Part shown: positions 19,696 to 29,942 of the stretch, piece after piece | Layout: each line of letters starts with the position of its first letter | Position numbering within the stretch: the first letter of the stretch is position 1 | From: Nitrososphaerota archaeon | GTDB taxonomy: Archaea > Thermoproteota > Nitrososphaeria_A > Caldarchaeales > Caldarchaeaceae | DNA: 64,000 bases | Reading direction: 5' to 3' | NCBI GenBank assembly: GCA_041641305.1 | Contig: JBEPYN010000002.1 | Coordinates: forward strand, 480,001 to 544,000 | Notes under the pieces: model-generated | Database searches by the model: none | Told to the model about the DNA's origin: nothing | What the model saw: the letters and a program-made list of their open reading frames with translations, nothing else | Program-made: the position numbers and the translations under genes

Positions 19696-20120
19696 AAGCC
19701 AGACACCCAAACTCGAGGCCAAGCCACGCAAATCACCCTTCCCACGCCAGAGAAACAGAAACAACTATCTCAAAAGAGTCCTCGCACCAGCAGCCTCGCA
19801 GACAGAATAGCTCAAACAATAACCTTCCTAAACCCTCAACACAAAACAGACTGAACCCATAGGATAAGAACAAGCGTTCTTGAACTCGGGGCAACATGAT
19901 TTTAAGAAACGCTATTCCACTCCGTGAATTTGTTAAATTATCATTTTTCCGCCACAGATGTACAGGGTATGTCTGCTTTTCTAATCTGCTTGTAAAACTG
20001 TTTCCAGTAGCAGCGTCCAAAGCTGTTACCTGAAAAGCAGTTAGATTCCTCTAGTGGATGTAGTGTTCAAGAATCTGGTTAAGAAGGTGGGGAATAGTTG
20101 GTTTCAGCGTTTTTGTTGAT

Positions 20121-21080
20121 TTATGGACTGGGTTGTGTTGTTTTCCAGTATCTTATGTATTTTGCCACCATATCCTCTATGTCTGTTCTCGGTCTCCAGC
20201 CCAGTTGTTCTCTGGCTTTTGTGTTGTCGGAGTAGCTTTCTAGCGCTTCGTGGGGTTTCAGCTCTTTTTCGACTATTCTCGAGCTGCTGCCCAACTGTTT
20301 TATGATGAGCTCGGCCACTTTTCTGACGCTGACTGGTCTCCCGAATCCTATGTTGTAAACCTCCCCCCGTCCACCTCTTTCGGCCGCCAGAATAGTGCCT
20401 TGGACGGCGTCCTTAACGTATGTGAAGTCTCTGGAAGCTGGTTTGAAGACACCGTCTACATATCTTCCGTAAACCTCAAGGTCGAGGTTCTTGGAGGCAC
20501 GTTCAGCGAAAACACGGAAAACTATGTTCCCGCGGCATCTTTCTCCCACAACGTTAAAGTACCTGACAATTACCACGTCAAGCCCATAGTCTTTGACATA
20601 CTGGCTGCATAGCTCTTCACATATCCATTTGCTGAGGGCGTAGGGCCCCATGGGGTCTGGCTTCATGTCCTCTCTGAGAGGTGGGGTGTTTTTCCCGTAG
20701 ATGCTGCTGCTTGATGAAAAAAGTATTCTGGGACTGGGTTCGCTAAGCCGTGCCGCCTCCAAAATGTTAAGCGTCGAAAGTATGTTGTTTTCGAGATATT
20801 TGTATGGTTCGTTCATGCTCAGTCTATGGGATGCCAGCGCCGCTAAATGATACACTGCATCTGGCTTGATGATTCTAAAAATTTCTTTTACTTTTTCAAG
20901 GTCTTTCAGGTCGTTGTACTCTACTTTGAGGTTTGACGCTGATTTGTGGCTGGTTAACGAGTTCAAGTTATTCTCCGGGGGTGATGGGTTGCTGATTCCG
21001 GTGATTTTCTCACCTCTGTCTAGGAGTGTTTCGACGAGGTGGCTGCCTATGAAGCCTAAAGCGCCTGTGACAACTATCAT
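20121..21080 (-). CDS. NAD-dependent nucleotide-sugar epimerase (UDP-glucuronate 4-epimerase-like)
   Basis: TGALGFIG, HLAA, SSSSIYG, YALSK, RYFNV and RDFTYV. Confidence 0.9.
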   Translation of the reverse strand: MIVVTGALGFIGSHLVETLLDRGEKITGISNPSPPENNLNSLTSHKSASNLKVEYNDLKDLEKVKEIFRIIKPDAVYHLAALASHRLSMNEPYKYLENNILSTLNILEAARLSEPSPRILFSSSSSIYGKNTPPLREDMKPDPMGPYALSKWICEELCSQYVKDYGLDVVIVRYFNVVGERCRGNIVFRVFAERASKNLDLEVYGRYVDGVFKPASRDFTYVKDAVQGTILAAERGGRGEVYNIGFGRPVSVRKVAELIIKQLGSSSRIVEKELKPHEALESYSDNTKAREQLGWRPRTDIEDMVAKYIRYWKTTQPSP

Positions 21081-21105
21081 AGTTCGGAGACGGCTGGGGC
21101 ATTTT

Positions 21106-22212
21106 TTAAGCTAAACATTTTCTGTAAACTTCCTTGTATTGCTCAGCTATTTCCTCGGGTTTGAACAGTGCCGACTTTGTAGCCGCGTTTTGGGACATCC
21201 TTGTCCATAGCTCTTTATCCGTCAACAGTTTTGTTATGTGCTGCGCTAGCTCGTGATGGCTTCTTGGTGTGAAGAGGAGGCCGTTTACGCCGTGGTCGAC
21301 TATTTCTCTGAGGCCGCCGACGTTTGACGCTATGACTGGCCTGCCGGCGGCCATCGCTTCGGCCGCGGCCATGCCGAACGGCTCGTAGATGGATGGAAGT
21401 ATGAAGATATGAGCTTTGGCCAGCAGTTTTTCGACATCAGACCTGTGGCCTAGAAACTGGATGTTGTTTTCGAGTCCCAGCTTTTTAACTAGTTGGGTGT
21501 AGCTTTGTCTTAGCGGGCCGTCGCCTGCCACGAGAAGGTTTGGCCGGCTCTGCTTGTCTATGTTTGCTATTGCTTTTATGAGTGTTTCTATGTCTTTTAC
21601 TCTGTCGAGTCTCGCTGTGGTGAGAATGGTCGGCTCCCGAGGGGGTTTCTGCTCTGTTTTTGAGAATCTTTCGTGGTCTATTGGGTTCCATATTGGTGTG
21701 GCTTTTACCCCATGTGTTTCTCTGAGGTGTGCGGCCATCCACTGGCTGCATCCCACAACTTCATCAGCCAGCTGGAGACCGAGTCTGAATAACACCGTGT
21801 TAACCAGTCTGGAGAGGAGGCTGTTTTTGTTGAGATGCGTCTCCAATACCGGGTCACCCTCCACCGTGTAGACATGTTTTATGCCGAGAATCTTTGCGAC
21901 AACCCCTGTTACCGCTGCTTCCTTGGGCCCGTGGCTGTGAATGATGTGGATACCTTGCTTCCTGGCCGTTTTTAATGTTTTGAAGAAGAGCCACATCCAG
22001 TGGAGGGCTCCCCTTACCCTAGGGTTTTCGCCGATAACCTCTACTTTTTTTGCCTTTAGTTTGTTGAGTAGGTTTTTGTCGATGGCCGATGGGTTAGGTG
22101 TTATGAGGATAGGTTTTACACCAGTATGTGGAAGGCCGAGCATGAGGTGAAGCATAGCCAGAGTCGCTCCGCCAACTCTCCCACTCGCGGTGAACAGTAT
22201 CTTCATGTTCAT
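21106..22212 (-). CDS. Glycosyltransferase family 4
   Basis: ARLDRVKD and PSIYEPFGMAAAEAMAAG (EX7E). Confidence 0.92.
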   Translation of the reverse strand: MNMKILFTASGRVGGATLAMLHLMLGLPHTGVKPILITPNPSAIDKNLLNKLKAKKVEVIGENPRVRGALHWMWLFFKTLKTARKQGIHIIHSHGPKEAAVTGVVAKILGIKHVYTVEGDPVLETHLNKNSLLSRLVNTVLFRLGLQLADEVVGCSQWMAAHLRETHGVKATPIWNPIDHERFSKTEQKPPREPTILTTARLDRVKDIETLIKAIANIDKQSRPNLLVAGDGPLRQSYTQLVKKLGLENNIQFLGHRSDVEKLLAKAHIFILPSIYEPFGMAAAEAMAAGRPVIASNVGGLREIVDHGVNGLLFTPRSHHELAQHITKLLTDKELWTRMSQNAATKSALFKPEEIAEQYKEVYRKCLA

Positions 22213-22298
22213 CCGCCTTTTCTCAGGTTGGATGTCCTGTTTGGATGTTGTTTGGCATGGGTTTTCTGTATTCGTTGTTGCGTCAGTGTTCTTAAGGA

Positions 22299-23747
22299 TT
22301 AGTCTGATGAGGTTAGGATAAGTCTTCGGGCTTCTTCTACGGCTTGTTTAGCTAGTTGTCTAGCATCTTTGTCTATGAGCAGTAGGAATGCGAAGTAGGT
22401 TGCTGCACCTATGGCGATTGATGCTAGGGTTTGTATGGTTCCTACAGGGTTGATGATCAACAGGGTTATGGCCATTGCTATTGAGGCTGGAACAGTTTTC
22501 TCCAGGCCGTTGAAGATTGTTTTTGGTGGGGCTTTTTTCGCGTATATTAGAACCATGGGTATGATGCCTGTGATTGAGGAGGCTAGTCTGGCGGCTGCGG
22601 CGCCATGTATTCCAAGTGGGCCTGCTGTAGCGGCGGTTACTGTGATGAGGGTTGCTAGGGATAGGTAGCTTGGTAGCTGGGTGGTGAATAATGTGCTTTT
22701 TAGCAATTGTTTGCTGCTGTTTTGTGTGTCGCTTTTTTCTAGTGCGGTGATGACTGTTTTCATTGTTAGGGTTGTGATGCCTATGGCGTTGGCTGTGAGT
22801 AGCATGGGTAGTAGAGGGGCGGCTTGTATGTATCTTGTTCCAAAGATTTCGGTGAGTTGTTTGGATAGTGTGATGCCTCCTATTATCATGGGTGTGGTGA
22901 AGATGTGTAGGAATTTGAAGAGTGCTTTTAGTTCTGTTGGCTGCGCTGTTTTTGTTTTTAGGAGTTTCGGGTAGATTGTTCCGGTTAGTCCTTTTGCTGT
23001 GCCTATGATGCTTGCTATGGCTAGGGCGATGCCGTAGTGTGATAGGTCTGTTGCTGTGAGGAGGACGCCTATGATGAAGGAGTCGGTGGCTGTTGAAATA
23101 TAGCCTAGCAGGTTCTCGTGTAGTGGTATCCATATTTTTTTTAGCGAGTTTCTCAGCCATGTTTTGTTGAAGCTGTGTTTGAGATGTTGTTGGTTTGTTT
23201 TGAGTAGGTATAGTGTGTAGGCTATGTTGCCTGTCGTGACTGCTGCTACGATTCCTTCAAGTCCGTATGGTAGTAGGATGAAGGCGAGGGGGATTTTTAC
23301 GCTGTCTATGATGATTGTTCTTAGTCCGAGTTTGTGGGGTGCGGTGCTGTAGGTAATTGTTGTTAGTGCGGCTGAGATGTAGTAAACCGGTATGAGTGTT
23401 GATGCGAGGATGAAGGTTCTTGGCTCAGATTCTATGATTGATGATAGGGTGTTTGATAGGAGTATGAATACAAGTGTTATGGGTATGGATATTGCGGTGT
23501 TGAATAGTAGGGTTGTTTTTCCCACTTCTTCTCCTCGTGGGATGTCGCGACCCGCCCAGTAGGGTATGGCTTTCTCCAAGACTTGGAAGTAGGGGAGGAC
23601 GCTGCCGATAAAGAACCATGTTCCAAGAACGGGTTGAGGGAGGTTTCGCGCTATCAACACGTTGAATATGAAGCCTGTTAACAAGGTGACGAGGTTGCCG
23701 GTGAACAGCAAAGCTCCGCTGAATCGGACACGGATACTTCCCGACAA
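22299..23747 (-). CDS. Polysaccharide flippase (Wzx/MOP family)
   Basis: About 12-14 TM segments, IARNL...LGTW and TDSFIIG...LSHYGIA patterns; lies within the glycan cluster. Confidence 0.8.
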   Translation of the reverse strand: MSGSIRVRFSGALLFTGNLVTLLTGFIFNVLIARNLPQPVLGTWFFIGSVLPYFQVLEKAIPYWAGRDIPRGEEVGKTTLLFNTAISIPITLVFILLSNTLSSIIESEPRTFILASTLIPVYYISAALTTITYSTAPHKLGLRTIIIDSVKIPLAFILLPYGLEGIVAAVTTGNIAYTLYLLKTNQQHLKHSFNKTWLRNSLKKIWIPLHENLLGYISTATDSFIIGVLLTATDLSHYGIALAIASIIGTAKGLTGTIYPKLLKTKTAQPTELKALFKFLHIFTTPMIIGGITLSKQLTEIFGTRYIQAAPLLPMLLTANAIGITTLTMKTVITALEKSDTQNSSKQLLKSTLFTTQLPSYLSLATLITVTAATAGPLGIHGAAAARLASSITGIIPMVLIYAKKAPPKTIFNGLEKTVPASIAMAITLLIINPVGTIQTLASIAIGAATYFAFLLLIDKDARQLAKQAVEEARRLILTSSD

Positions 23748-23913
23748 GCCTCAACAACTACACTCCAACCTACTAAAAGCTGTATGCTGATGTTTCCATG
23801 ACTGAGAAAAGATGGGGCCTGCGGTGTAGCAGTGATCTGGCGTATGTTTTTCTCATGCCTGTGTCATAGTTGATGATTACACAGCTCGGGCTGAGTCTTG
23901 CTTTTGGCGATGA

Positions 23914-24582
23914 TTGTGTTTATTGGAAAAACTTCTTAAATGTTTGGAGCGAGGATATTTTATGGGTCTTCTTGAGGGGCTTGTTGCTTTTAGGTTGGCG
24001 TTATTTTGCAGGGAGTTGAGGGATGGTCTGAGGGTTGCGGTGGATGTTGGATGTAGATTGGGCTGGGCTGGGCATATGTTGGCTGCTGTTGCAGGCAAGC
24101 CTGTTAAAGTTGTTGGGCTGGATGTTTACGAGCCCTATCTCAGAACCTTGGCAGAAATAAGCAAGATATATGAGCCGTTGAGGGTTGACTTGGAGACAGA
24201 GCCGATACCTCTACCCGATGGCTTCTCGGACCTGACGCTGTGCATCGAGGTTATCGAGCATCTCAGCAAGCCTGCGGGGTATCGTCTCCTAGATGAAATG
24301 GAGAGGATAACTAGGAAAGGTGGCTATATCTACTTAACCACGCCCAACGGCTGGCATGGAGCGAAAACAGAGAGATGCGTTCCTTTACAGCACAAATCTG
24401 CATGGGTCGTTCAAGATTTTGTGCAACGCGGTTACGTTGTTAAAGGATATGGGTTTAGAGGTTTAAGGGGTAGAGGAAAAATCGGTAAATTCTATCTTCT
24501 GGCTGACTATGCTTGGACTCCGGTTGCCCGCATAGTTCCGCAGACAGGGTTTGGGCTCGAGGTGTTTAAGAAGATAACGTGA
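23914..24582 (+). CDS. Class I SAM-dependent methyltransferase
   Basis: VDVGCRLG (motif I variant), GLDV, IEVIEHL and LTTPN. Confidence 0.85.
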   Translation: MCLLEKLLKCLERGYFMGLLEGLVAFRLALFCRELRDGLRVAVDVGCRLGWAGHMLAAVAGKPVKVVGLDVYEPYLRTLAEISKIYEPLRVDLETEPIPLPDGFSDLTLCIEVIEHLSKPAGYRLLDEMERITRKGGYIYLTTPNGWHGAKTERCVPLQHKSAWVVQDFVQRGYVVKGYGFRGLRGRGKIGKFYLLADYAWTPVARIVPQTGFGLEVFKKIT

Positions 24583-24685
24583 AGCGTTGACATGAGGTTT
24601 TTTCAAATGAATGGATGAGCTGCGTGTTGCTGGCGATGTTGTTCAGTAATTTAACTTTTATTTGTGGTAGTTTCTGGGTTGAGGC

Positions 24686-25756
24686 GTGAAGATTGGTACT
24701 TTTGTGTCTGCCTATCCGTTTTACAACTTTAGGTACTTGAAGTTATTGGGCGAGTTTTCTAAGAGGTTTGGTGTCTATGTTTTCGCGGGATCTACCTTGG
24801 GAAAGCATTACCGTGTTGACGGTTTTAGGCTTTTGCGTGTTCTTCCTTTCAGACTTCCGCGCAGAATTGGTTACTTGGTTGGTAGTTTGTCTGGGCAGGT
24901 TTTCATGGGTTTGGCGGATGTCGATCTATACTGGTTTTTTGACACAGCTTCTCCATTGATTCTATCTGTTCTTACTAAGCCGGTTGTTCTAGATGTTGAT
25001 GACCCTAAGATTACTCTACCCTACTCGGAGAAGAAGAATGTTCCACGCTTTACTTTGGCTAGGGAGCTTCAACTTTTGAAGAATAAGCGGGTTGCAAAAA
25101 TAGTTGTTCCAACGGAGATGATTCGGGATAAATTCGTCATGAATGGGGTTGATTATGAGAAGATTGAAGTGATTCCATATGGTGTAGATACCGATTTGTT
25201 CACACCTTCTCCTCTGCCCGATGACCCGGTCGTGTTATACTATGGAACCTTTCAACACCACCGTTCCAGACTATTAGTGGACCTCGTGGAGGCTTTGGCG
25301 AGGAAGAGAGGTGATGTCAGGTTCATACTCGTTGGCGATATGCCGCCATCAGTAAGGAGAAGGCTGGAAAGATTTGTTGGTGGCAGGGCTGAGATGCCTG
25401 GGTTTGTCACCCATGACGAGCTTCCTAGCTATATTCAGAGAGCCAGAGTGTGTATTCTGCCGCAGGGCAGGTCGTTGGGTGGCAGGCTCTCATTTAAGCT
25501 TCTTGAGTACATGGCTTGCGGAAGGCCTGTGGTTTCAACGGATGTTGATGAGTCTTTCCCAGTCAAGAAATCGGGCGCAGGAATAGTAACACCTGTGGAC
25601 GCCGAAGCTATGGCCGACGCCATAATCGACCTACTCGACGACGACACGTCAGCAAAGCAGATGGCTGAAAAAGGCATAAACTACGCTAAACAATTTGACT
25701 GGCACAACATGGTAGACAAATACGTCAATCTCTTTAAACAAGTGGCTGAAAAATAG
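24686..25756 (+). CDS. Glycosyltransferase family 4
   Basis: IPYGVDTDLF and KLLEYMACGRPVVST. Confidence 0.9.
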   Translation: MKIGTFVSAYPFYNFRYLKLLGEFSKRFGVYVFAGSTLGKHYRVDGFRLLRVLPFRLPRRIGYLVGSLSGQVFMGLADVDLYWFFDTASPLILSVLTKPVVLDVDDPKITLPYSEKKNVPRFTLARELQLLKNKRVAKIVVPTEMIRDKFVMNGVDYEKIEVIPYGVDTDLFTPSPLPDDPVVLYYGTFQHHRSRLLVDLVEALARKRGDVRFILVGDMPPSVRRRLERFVGGRAEMPGFVTHDELPSYIQRARVCILPQGRSLGGRLSFKLLEYMACGRPVVSTDVDESFPVKKSGAGIVTPVDAEAMADAIIDLLDDDTSAKQMAEKGINYAKQFDWHNMVDKYVNLFKQVAEK

Positions 25757-25760
25757 TTAC

Positions 25761-26660
25761 CTAAAATTCCCAAAAAACAGTTAAGATCATCCGTTTTTCT
25801 CCTGAACGGGTTTGAGTTAATCTTTTGGACAAGATTTTTCCGTCGCCAAGATGGTTACGCAACTCGCTGACAGATGCAACAGCTTCATGATTTGGTATAT
25901 CATGAAAATCTACCACCAGTCTTTTCACTCCCAAGGCAGGAAGTAGGAGCAACTCTTTCATGACAAAGTGTTCGCACCCCTCACAGTTGAGCTTAACAAC
26001 TTGGGGCTTATATATACTAACTAACTCGGTTAAACTTTTCACAGGCACCTCAAGTTTGGATAAATTGCCATCTGGAAATTCTAACCCATATCCAATCGAT
26101 CCATAATTTGACGGAATGTCCGGGACAGCGTTGCCCACAGCTATGTTCAATGTTTCAACGGGAAGTCCGCGACAATTCATCTCAATGAACCTAACATGGT
26201 AAGGTACAGGCTCAACTGCAACAACCCTGCCCGCCTTCTTGTACATCCACATCAGCGGCGTATCTCCCAAATAAGCCCCTACGTCGAGCACAACAAGTCC
26301 CTCAACATCCATCGGATACTTGCGGAGAAGAATGGTAGGAGGCGCCACCCCCTCGGCCTTAAGAGGTATAGTGAAATCCCTCCCGAAATAATCTCCAATA
26401 ATTAAGACATCGGGTCCAAAATTGACTACAGAAAGCATGTCACCATAGTGACGCCAGCTTTTCTCAAGCCTAACAAGCTGCCTCAAAAGCAAACGTGCAC
26501 TACAAACAATCACCCCACCACGTCTTGAAACAAACCCCCCCTCCAACCTAAACAAAGACCTCAGCAAAAGCTGAAACCAGTTAACCACATGCCTCCTAGC
26601 AACAGACAAAGCAAAAAAATAACTTCTGACGCGACTGACAATTGAAGCGTAACCAGACAT
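25761..26660 (-). CDS. FkbM family methyltransferase
   Basis: VLDVGAYLGDT, VAVEP and KLNCEGCE. Confidence 0.88.
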   Translation of the reverse strand: MSGYASIVSRVRSYFFALSVARRHVVNWFQLLLRSLFRLEGGFVSRRGGVIVCSARLLLRQLVRLEKSWRHYGDMLSVVNFGPDVLIIGDYFGRDFTIPLKAEGVAPPTILLRKYPMDVEGLVVLDVGAYLGDTPLMWMYKKAGRVVAVEPVPYHVRFIEMNCRGLPVETLNIAVGNAVPDIPSNYGSIGYGLEFPDGNLSKLEVPVKSLTELVSIYKPQVVKLNCEGCEHFVMKELLLLPALGVKRLVVDFHDIPNHEAVASVSELRNHLGDGKILSKRLTQTRSGEKRMILTVFWEF

Positions 26661-26710
26661 CTCATGATTTGCTGGCAGAAACTCATCTAAATACTTTTAT
26701 GAATTAGTAA

Positions 26711-27700
26711 TTAAGCTGAAACGTTGGAAAGCATTAGTGCTGTTAGCTCCTTTATCGAAAGCCGCGGGTCCTTCAACTCCCTGACACCGAGAATTTCCTT
26801 GATGCGGTCGATTTTGCAGATAAACCTGTTTTTGTCGTCGGGTGTAAAGAGTGGTGGAAACCCTTTATCCACAACCTCAACCACTGGGCTGACCCTGCCG
26901 TTCGTCAACTGCTCCACAGCCTTCTTAACAATCTCAGCAAGCTCGATGACTGTGATCGGCTCGGGGTACACGAGGTTAAAGATGTTTCCAACCCCCCGTA
27001 AGCCGCCGTCAAAAATCCTCCTAATGACCAGCTCATAGACCTTGACAACGTCCTCAACATCCACATACAGGATTGGCCTATACATGCTGTTTCTGTACGG
27101 GGTAAGGGGCAGCCCCTTGACAGCGTTCTTTATGAAGATTTTCGCAGCGGTCTGCTCAGGCATTCCAGGCCCCAGAACCGTCCCAGTCCGTACCACCACA
27201 TACGCCTTATCCCTAAACATGTAACTAAATAACCTCACCACAGACTCCTGACACACCTTAGACAAGGCGTAAATTCTAGCCCTCTCCTCAACCTTGTCAG
27301 GCCTATACCCAAAATCCTCGTCAACAACCCCCATCAACCCCGTCTCCCCGATAGTATGCCAAGTACCCGCCTGAACCATACCCAAGCATGAAACACTCCT
27401 CGCCACAGCCTCACAAACATTCTGGGCACCTACCACGTTAACCTCATAACCGAGACGAGGCTCATCATTAATCCTTGGAATCTGAACAATAGCCGTGTTG
27501 ACCGCAACCCGGGCATCATCCAAAGCGTCGGAAACGGACTTCAAATCACGAACATCACACTCGAAGAACTCAGCATCAATCTGCTCTCTAGGCCTGACCA
27601 CATCCGCAATCCTGACCCTAAAACCAATACTTGACAAATGCTTGGCAACGGACGAGCCGATAAATCCCGCCCCGCCGAAAACCACTACATCAACAGTCAT
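26711..27700 (-). CDS. NAD-dependent epimerase/dehydratase
   Basis: VFGGAGFIG, YEVNVVG, YALSK and RTGTVLG. ATG 27700 preferred as start. Confidence 0.88.
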   Translation of the reverse strand: MTVDVVVFGGAGFIGSSVAKHLSSIGFRVRIADVVRPREQIDAEFFECDVRDLKSVSDALDDARVAVNTAIVQIPRINDEPRLGYEVNVVGAQNVCEAVARSVSCLGMVQAGTWHTIGETGLMGVVDEDFGYRPDKVEERARIYALSKVCQESVVRLFSYMFRDKAYVVVRTGTVLGPGMPEQTAAKIFIKNAVKGLPLTPYRNSMYRPILYVDVEDVVKVYELVIRRIFDGGLRGVGNIFNLVYPEPITVIELAEIVKKAVEQLTNGRVSPVVEVVDKGFPPLFTPDDKNRFICKIDRIKEILGVRELKDPRLSIKELTALMLSNVSA

Positions 27701-27734
27701 AGAAGCCACGCTATAAAACCATGATTTAAATTGT

Positions 27735-28910
27735 TTACGCCCTGCGTTTACCCACCTCGTCCAAAACCCGGGCAATTTTTGGAACAATCACAGCATAGCT
27801 AAACTCTTTCTCAACATGTTGTCTCGCGTTTACCCCCATTTCTTTGCGTAAAGAATCGTCGGTAAGTAGCTTGTGTAAACGATCGGCCAACGCCGCTATG
27901 TCCCGGGGCTCCACAACGAAACCTGTAAAACCATCGACCACGGCCTCAGGTATTCCCGCAACCCTTGTCGCCACAGCAGGTCGGCCGCACGCCATCCCCT
28001 CCAGCAAAGCCCTCGGAATACCCTCACCCTCCCTCGTCGCATAAGCCACAACATCAGCTGACCTGAAGAGCATAGGCATCTCCCTGTTGGGAACCGGGCC
28101 CAAGAAAAAGACAGAATCAGCAAGACCCGGTTTCTCAACCATCTTAGCCAGTCGGCTCATATAGCCAGCTTCACCAGAACCAGCAATGGCCAAAACACAG
28201 TCACTATACTTGGCACTAACTATTTCGAAGGCTTGAACGAGGTCGCCCACACCTTTTTTCTCATTAACTCGTCCAACATAAAGTACGCATCTCCGTCCTC
28301 TCTTCAACGTCTCAAGCCGCTGACTTCTATCACCCCATGGATTAAACCTGTCAACATTCACAGCGTTATGTATGTAGATAACCTTAGAGACGTCAAGCTT
28401 CCGATGGTAGAGCAAAACCTCGGGAAGCATAAGCCTCGAATATAAAACAACTTTCTCACAAGCATCCAGAGCCCTTCTAAGAAACCATCTATAGAACCTC
28501 TCCTTTCCCTTAGCCTGCATCGGGTCGCCGAACAGCCAAGTTCCTGGGAGAACAAGAACGGACGGTATGCCAGCCAACTGTTTACCCATCCATATGGCTG
28601 AGAGCTCAGGTGGGCTAAAGGTCCTAACATAAACAACATCAACATCCCCTCCCTTCAGAACAGGTGTTAAACTATAGAAAACAATTTTAGTGGCTCCGTA
28701 CAACTTGGGAACCCTGAGAGCTGGAACCTTAACAATCTCCATGTTAGGGGGCAGGTCAAATCTACGTGATGCAACAGTATCGGATACAACAAAAAGATGA
28801 TCAACATATCTGCTGAGCATCAAATATTCTTCGAAATACTGTGCATGGAGGGATGGGGCATCCAGCCCTTCAACCCGGCCGATGAAAGTCAATACATTAA
28901 CCATAGACAT
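27735..28910 (-). CDS. Glycosyltransferase family 4
   Basis: HNAVN, YVGRVNEKKG and EGIPRALLEGMACG. Confidence 0.92.
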   Translation of the reverse strand: MSMVNVLTFIGRVEGLDAPSLHAQYFEEYLMLSRYVDHLFVVSDTVASRRFDLPPNMEIVKVPALRVPKLYGATKIVFYSLTPVLKGGDVDVVYVRTFSPPELSAIWMGKQLAGIPSVLVLPGTWLFGDPMQAKGKERFYRWFLRRALDACEKVVLYSRLMLPEVLLYHRKLDVSKVIYIHNAVNVDRFNPWGDRSQRLETLKRGRRCVLYVGRVNEKKGVGDLVQAFEIVSAKYSDCVLAIAGSGEAGYMSRLAKMVEKPGLADSVFFLGPVPNREMPMLFRSADVVAYATREGEGIPRALLEGMACGRPAVATRVAGIPEAVVDGFTGFVVEPRDIAALADRLHKLLTDDSLRKEMGVNARQHVEKEFSYAVIVPKIARVLDEVGKRRA

Positions 28911-28967
28911 CGAGCGTGGAAATAACCACTAAATAAACCCTATAACAACAAGAAAAACCTTGATAAC

Positions 28968-29942
28968 CTATTGGGTCTTCAATATATTCGCGGCAAAACG
29001 CATATAGCTCAAAGCATACCTCTCTATCGATTCACTCCATTCAAATTTTGTTGCAACGATTTCGCGCGCTTTTTCAGCAATCTGTGTGCGTTTTTCTACA
29101 TCGTTCAGTAGCTGTGCTATTTTTTCGGCGAGAAGCTGGGGGTCTCTCCGCTTCACCAGTAGAACGCTTTCCCCGTCACGGAGCACCTCGGGAACTATTC
29201 CAACGGGTGTTGAGACACTGGGCGTCAGACATGCCGCGGCCTCGAAAACAGTTCTCGGCCCGCCTTCAAAATGGGAGGTGCACACAAAGACAGCGGCCTC
29301 GTTATAGTGTCTAACAACCTCATCCTCGGTAACCCATCCCAGAAACCTCACCACATCAGATACACCAAGCTGTTCAGCCAAGCGGCTCAACCGCGCTCTC
29401 TCGGGCCCATCACCGAGAACCTTAACCTCCAAATCATGAAAATCACGGCGGAGAATAGGAACCGACTCCAGCAAGAGCTCAAGACCCTTTTCAGGAACAA
29501 GCCGGGCCGCTGTCAAAACCATATGCCCCCTCCCAGAGGGTTTACTGAGAGGCTTGAAAAGGTCGAGCCTAATGTAGACCGAGGGGATCACGGAAACCTT
29601 CGAAACGCCGTTTGCTCTGAGATGAGAAGCGATGTTGTTGTTGACCGCGCGAACCATGTTGGACGACCTTAGGACAAACCAGGCAGCCAGCCTGTCTTTG
29701 CGGGGAAGAAAACCCTGCTCCAAGTAGGAACCATGCACCTCCGTGATGAGTGGAGCTCCTGACAGTTTTGCTTGCAGAAGGGCTGGGACCCCGACCCGGA
29801 GAGTAGGCTCCTGCGCAACCACCAGGTCATACCGTCTCAGCCTAGGCTTGAAGAAACCCGTCACAACCTCGACCTCGCCCCAGTATCTTCTCAAGTCCTC
29901 CAAAGCTATCGAAGGCTTTCTCCCAACCATCAATACTCTCAT
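28968..29942 (-). CDS. Glycosyltransferase family 4
   Basis: ARLVPEKG and TSHFEGGPRTVFEAAAC. Confidence 0.92.
   Translation of the reverse strand: MRVLMVGRKPSIALEDLRRYWGEVEVVTGFFKPRLRRYDLVVAQEPTLRVGVPALLQAKLSGAPLITEVHGSYLEQGFLPRKDRLAAWFVLRSSNMVRAVNNNIASHLRANGVSKVSVIPSVYIRLDLFKPLSKPSGRGHMVLTAARLVPEKGLELLLESVPILRRDFHDLEVKVLGDGPERARLSRLAEQLGVSDVVRFLGWVTEDEVVRHYNEAAVFVCTSHFEGGPRTVFEAAACLTPSVSTPVGIVPEVLRDGESVLLVKRRDPQLLAEKIAQLLNDVEKRTQIAEKAREIVATKFEWSESIERYALSYMRFAANILKTQ

Noticed and set aside
19696-20120. Intergenic gap with a 95-aa ORF (19733-20020)
   Set aside because: No recognisable motif or convincing structure; possibly decayed sequence but unsupported.
22360-23160. 266-aa His/Arg/Thr-rich minus-strand ORF
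   Set aside because: Alternate frame inside the flippase. It stays open because the strand is T-poor (extreme A/C skew), and it shows no protein motifs.
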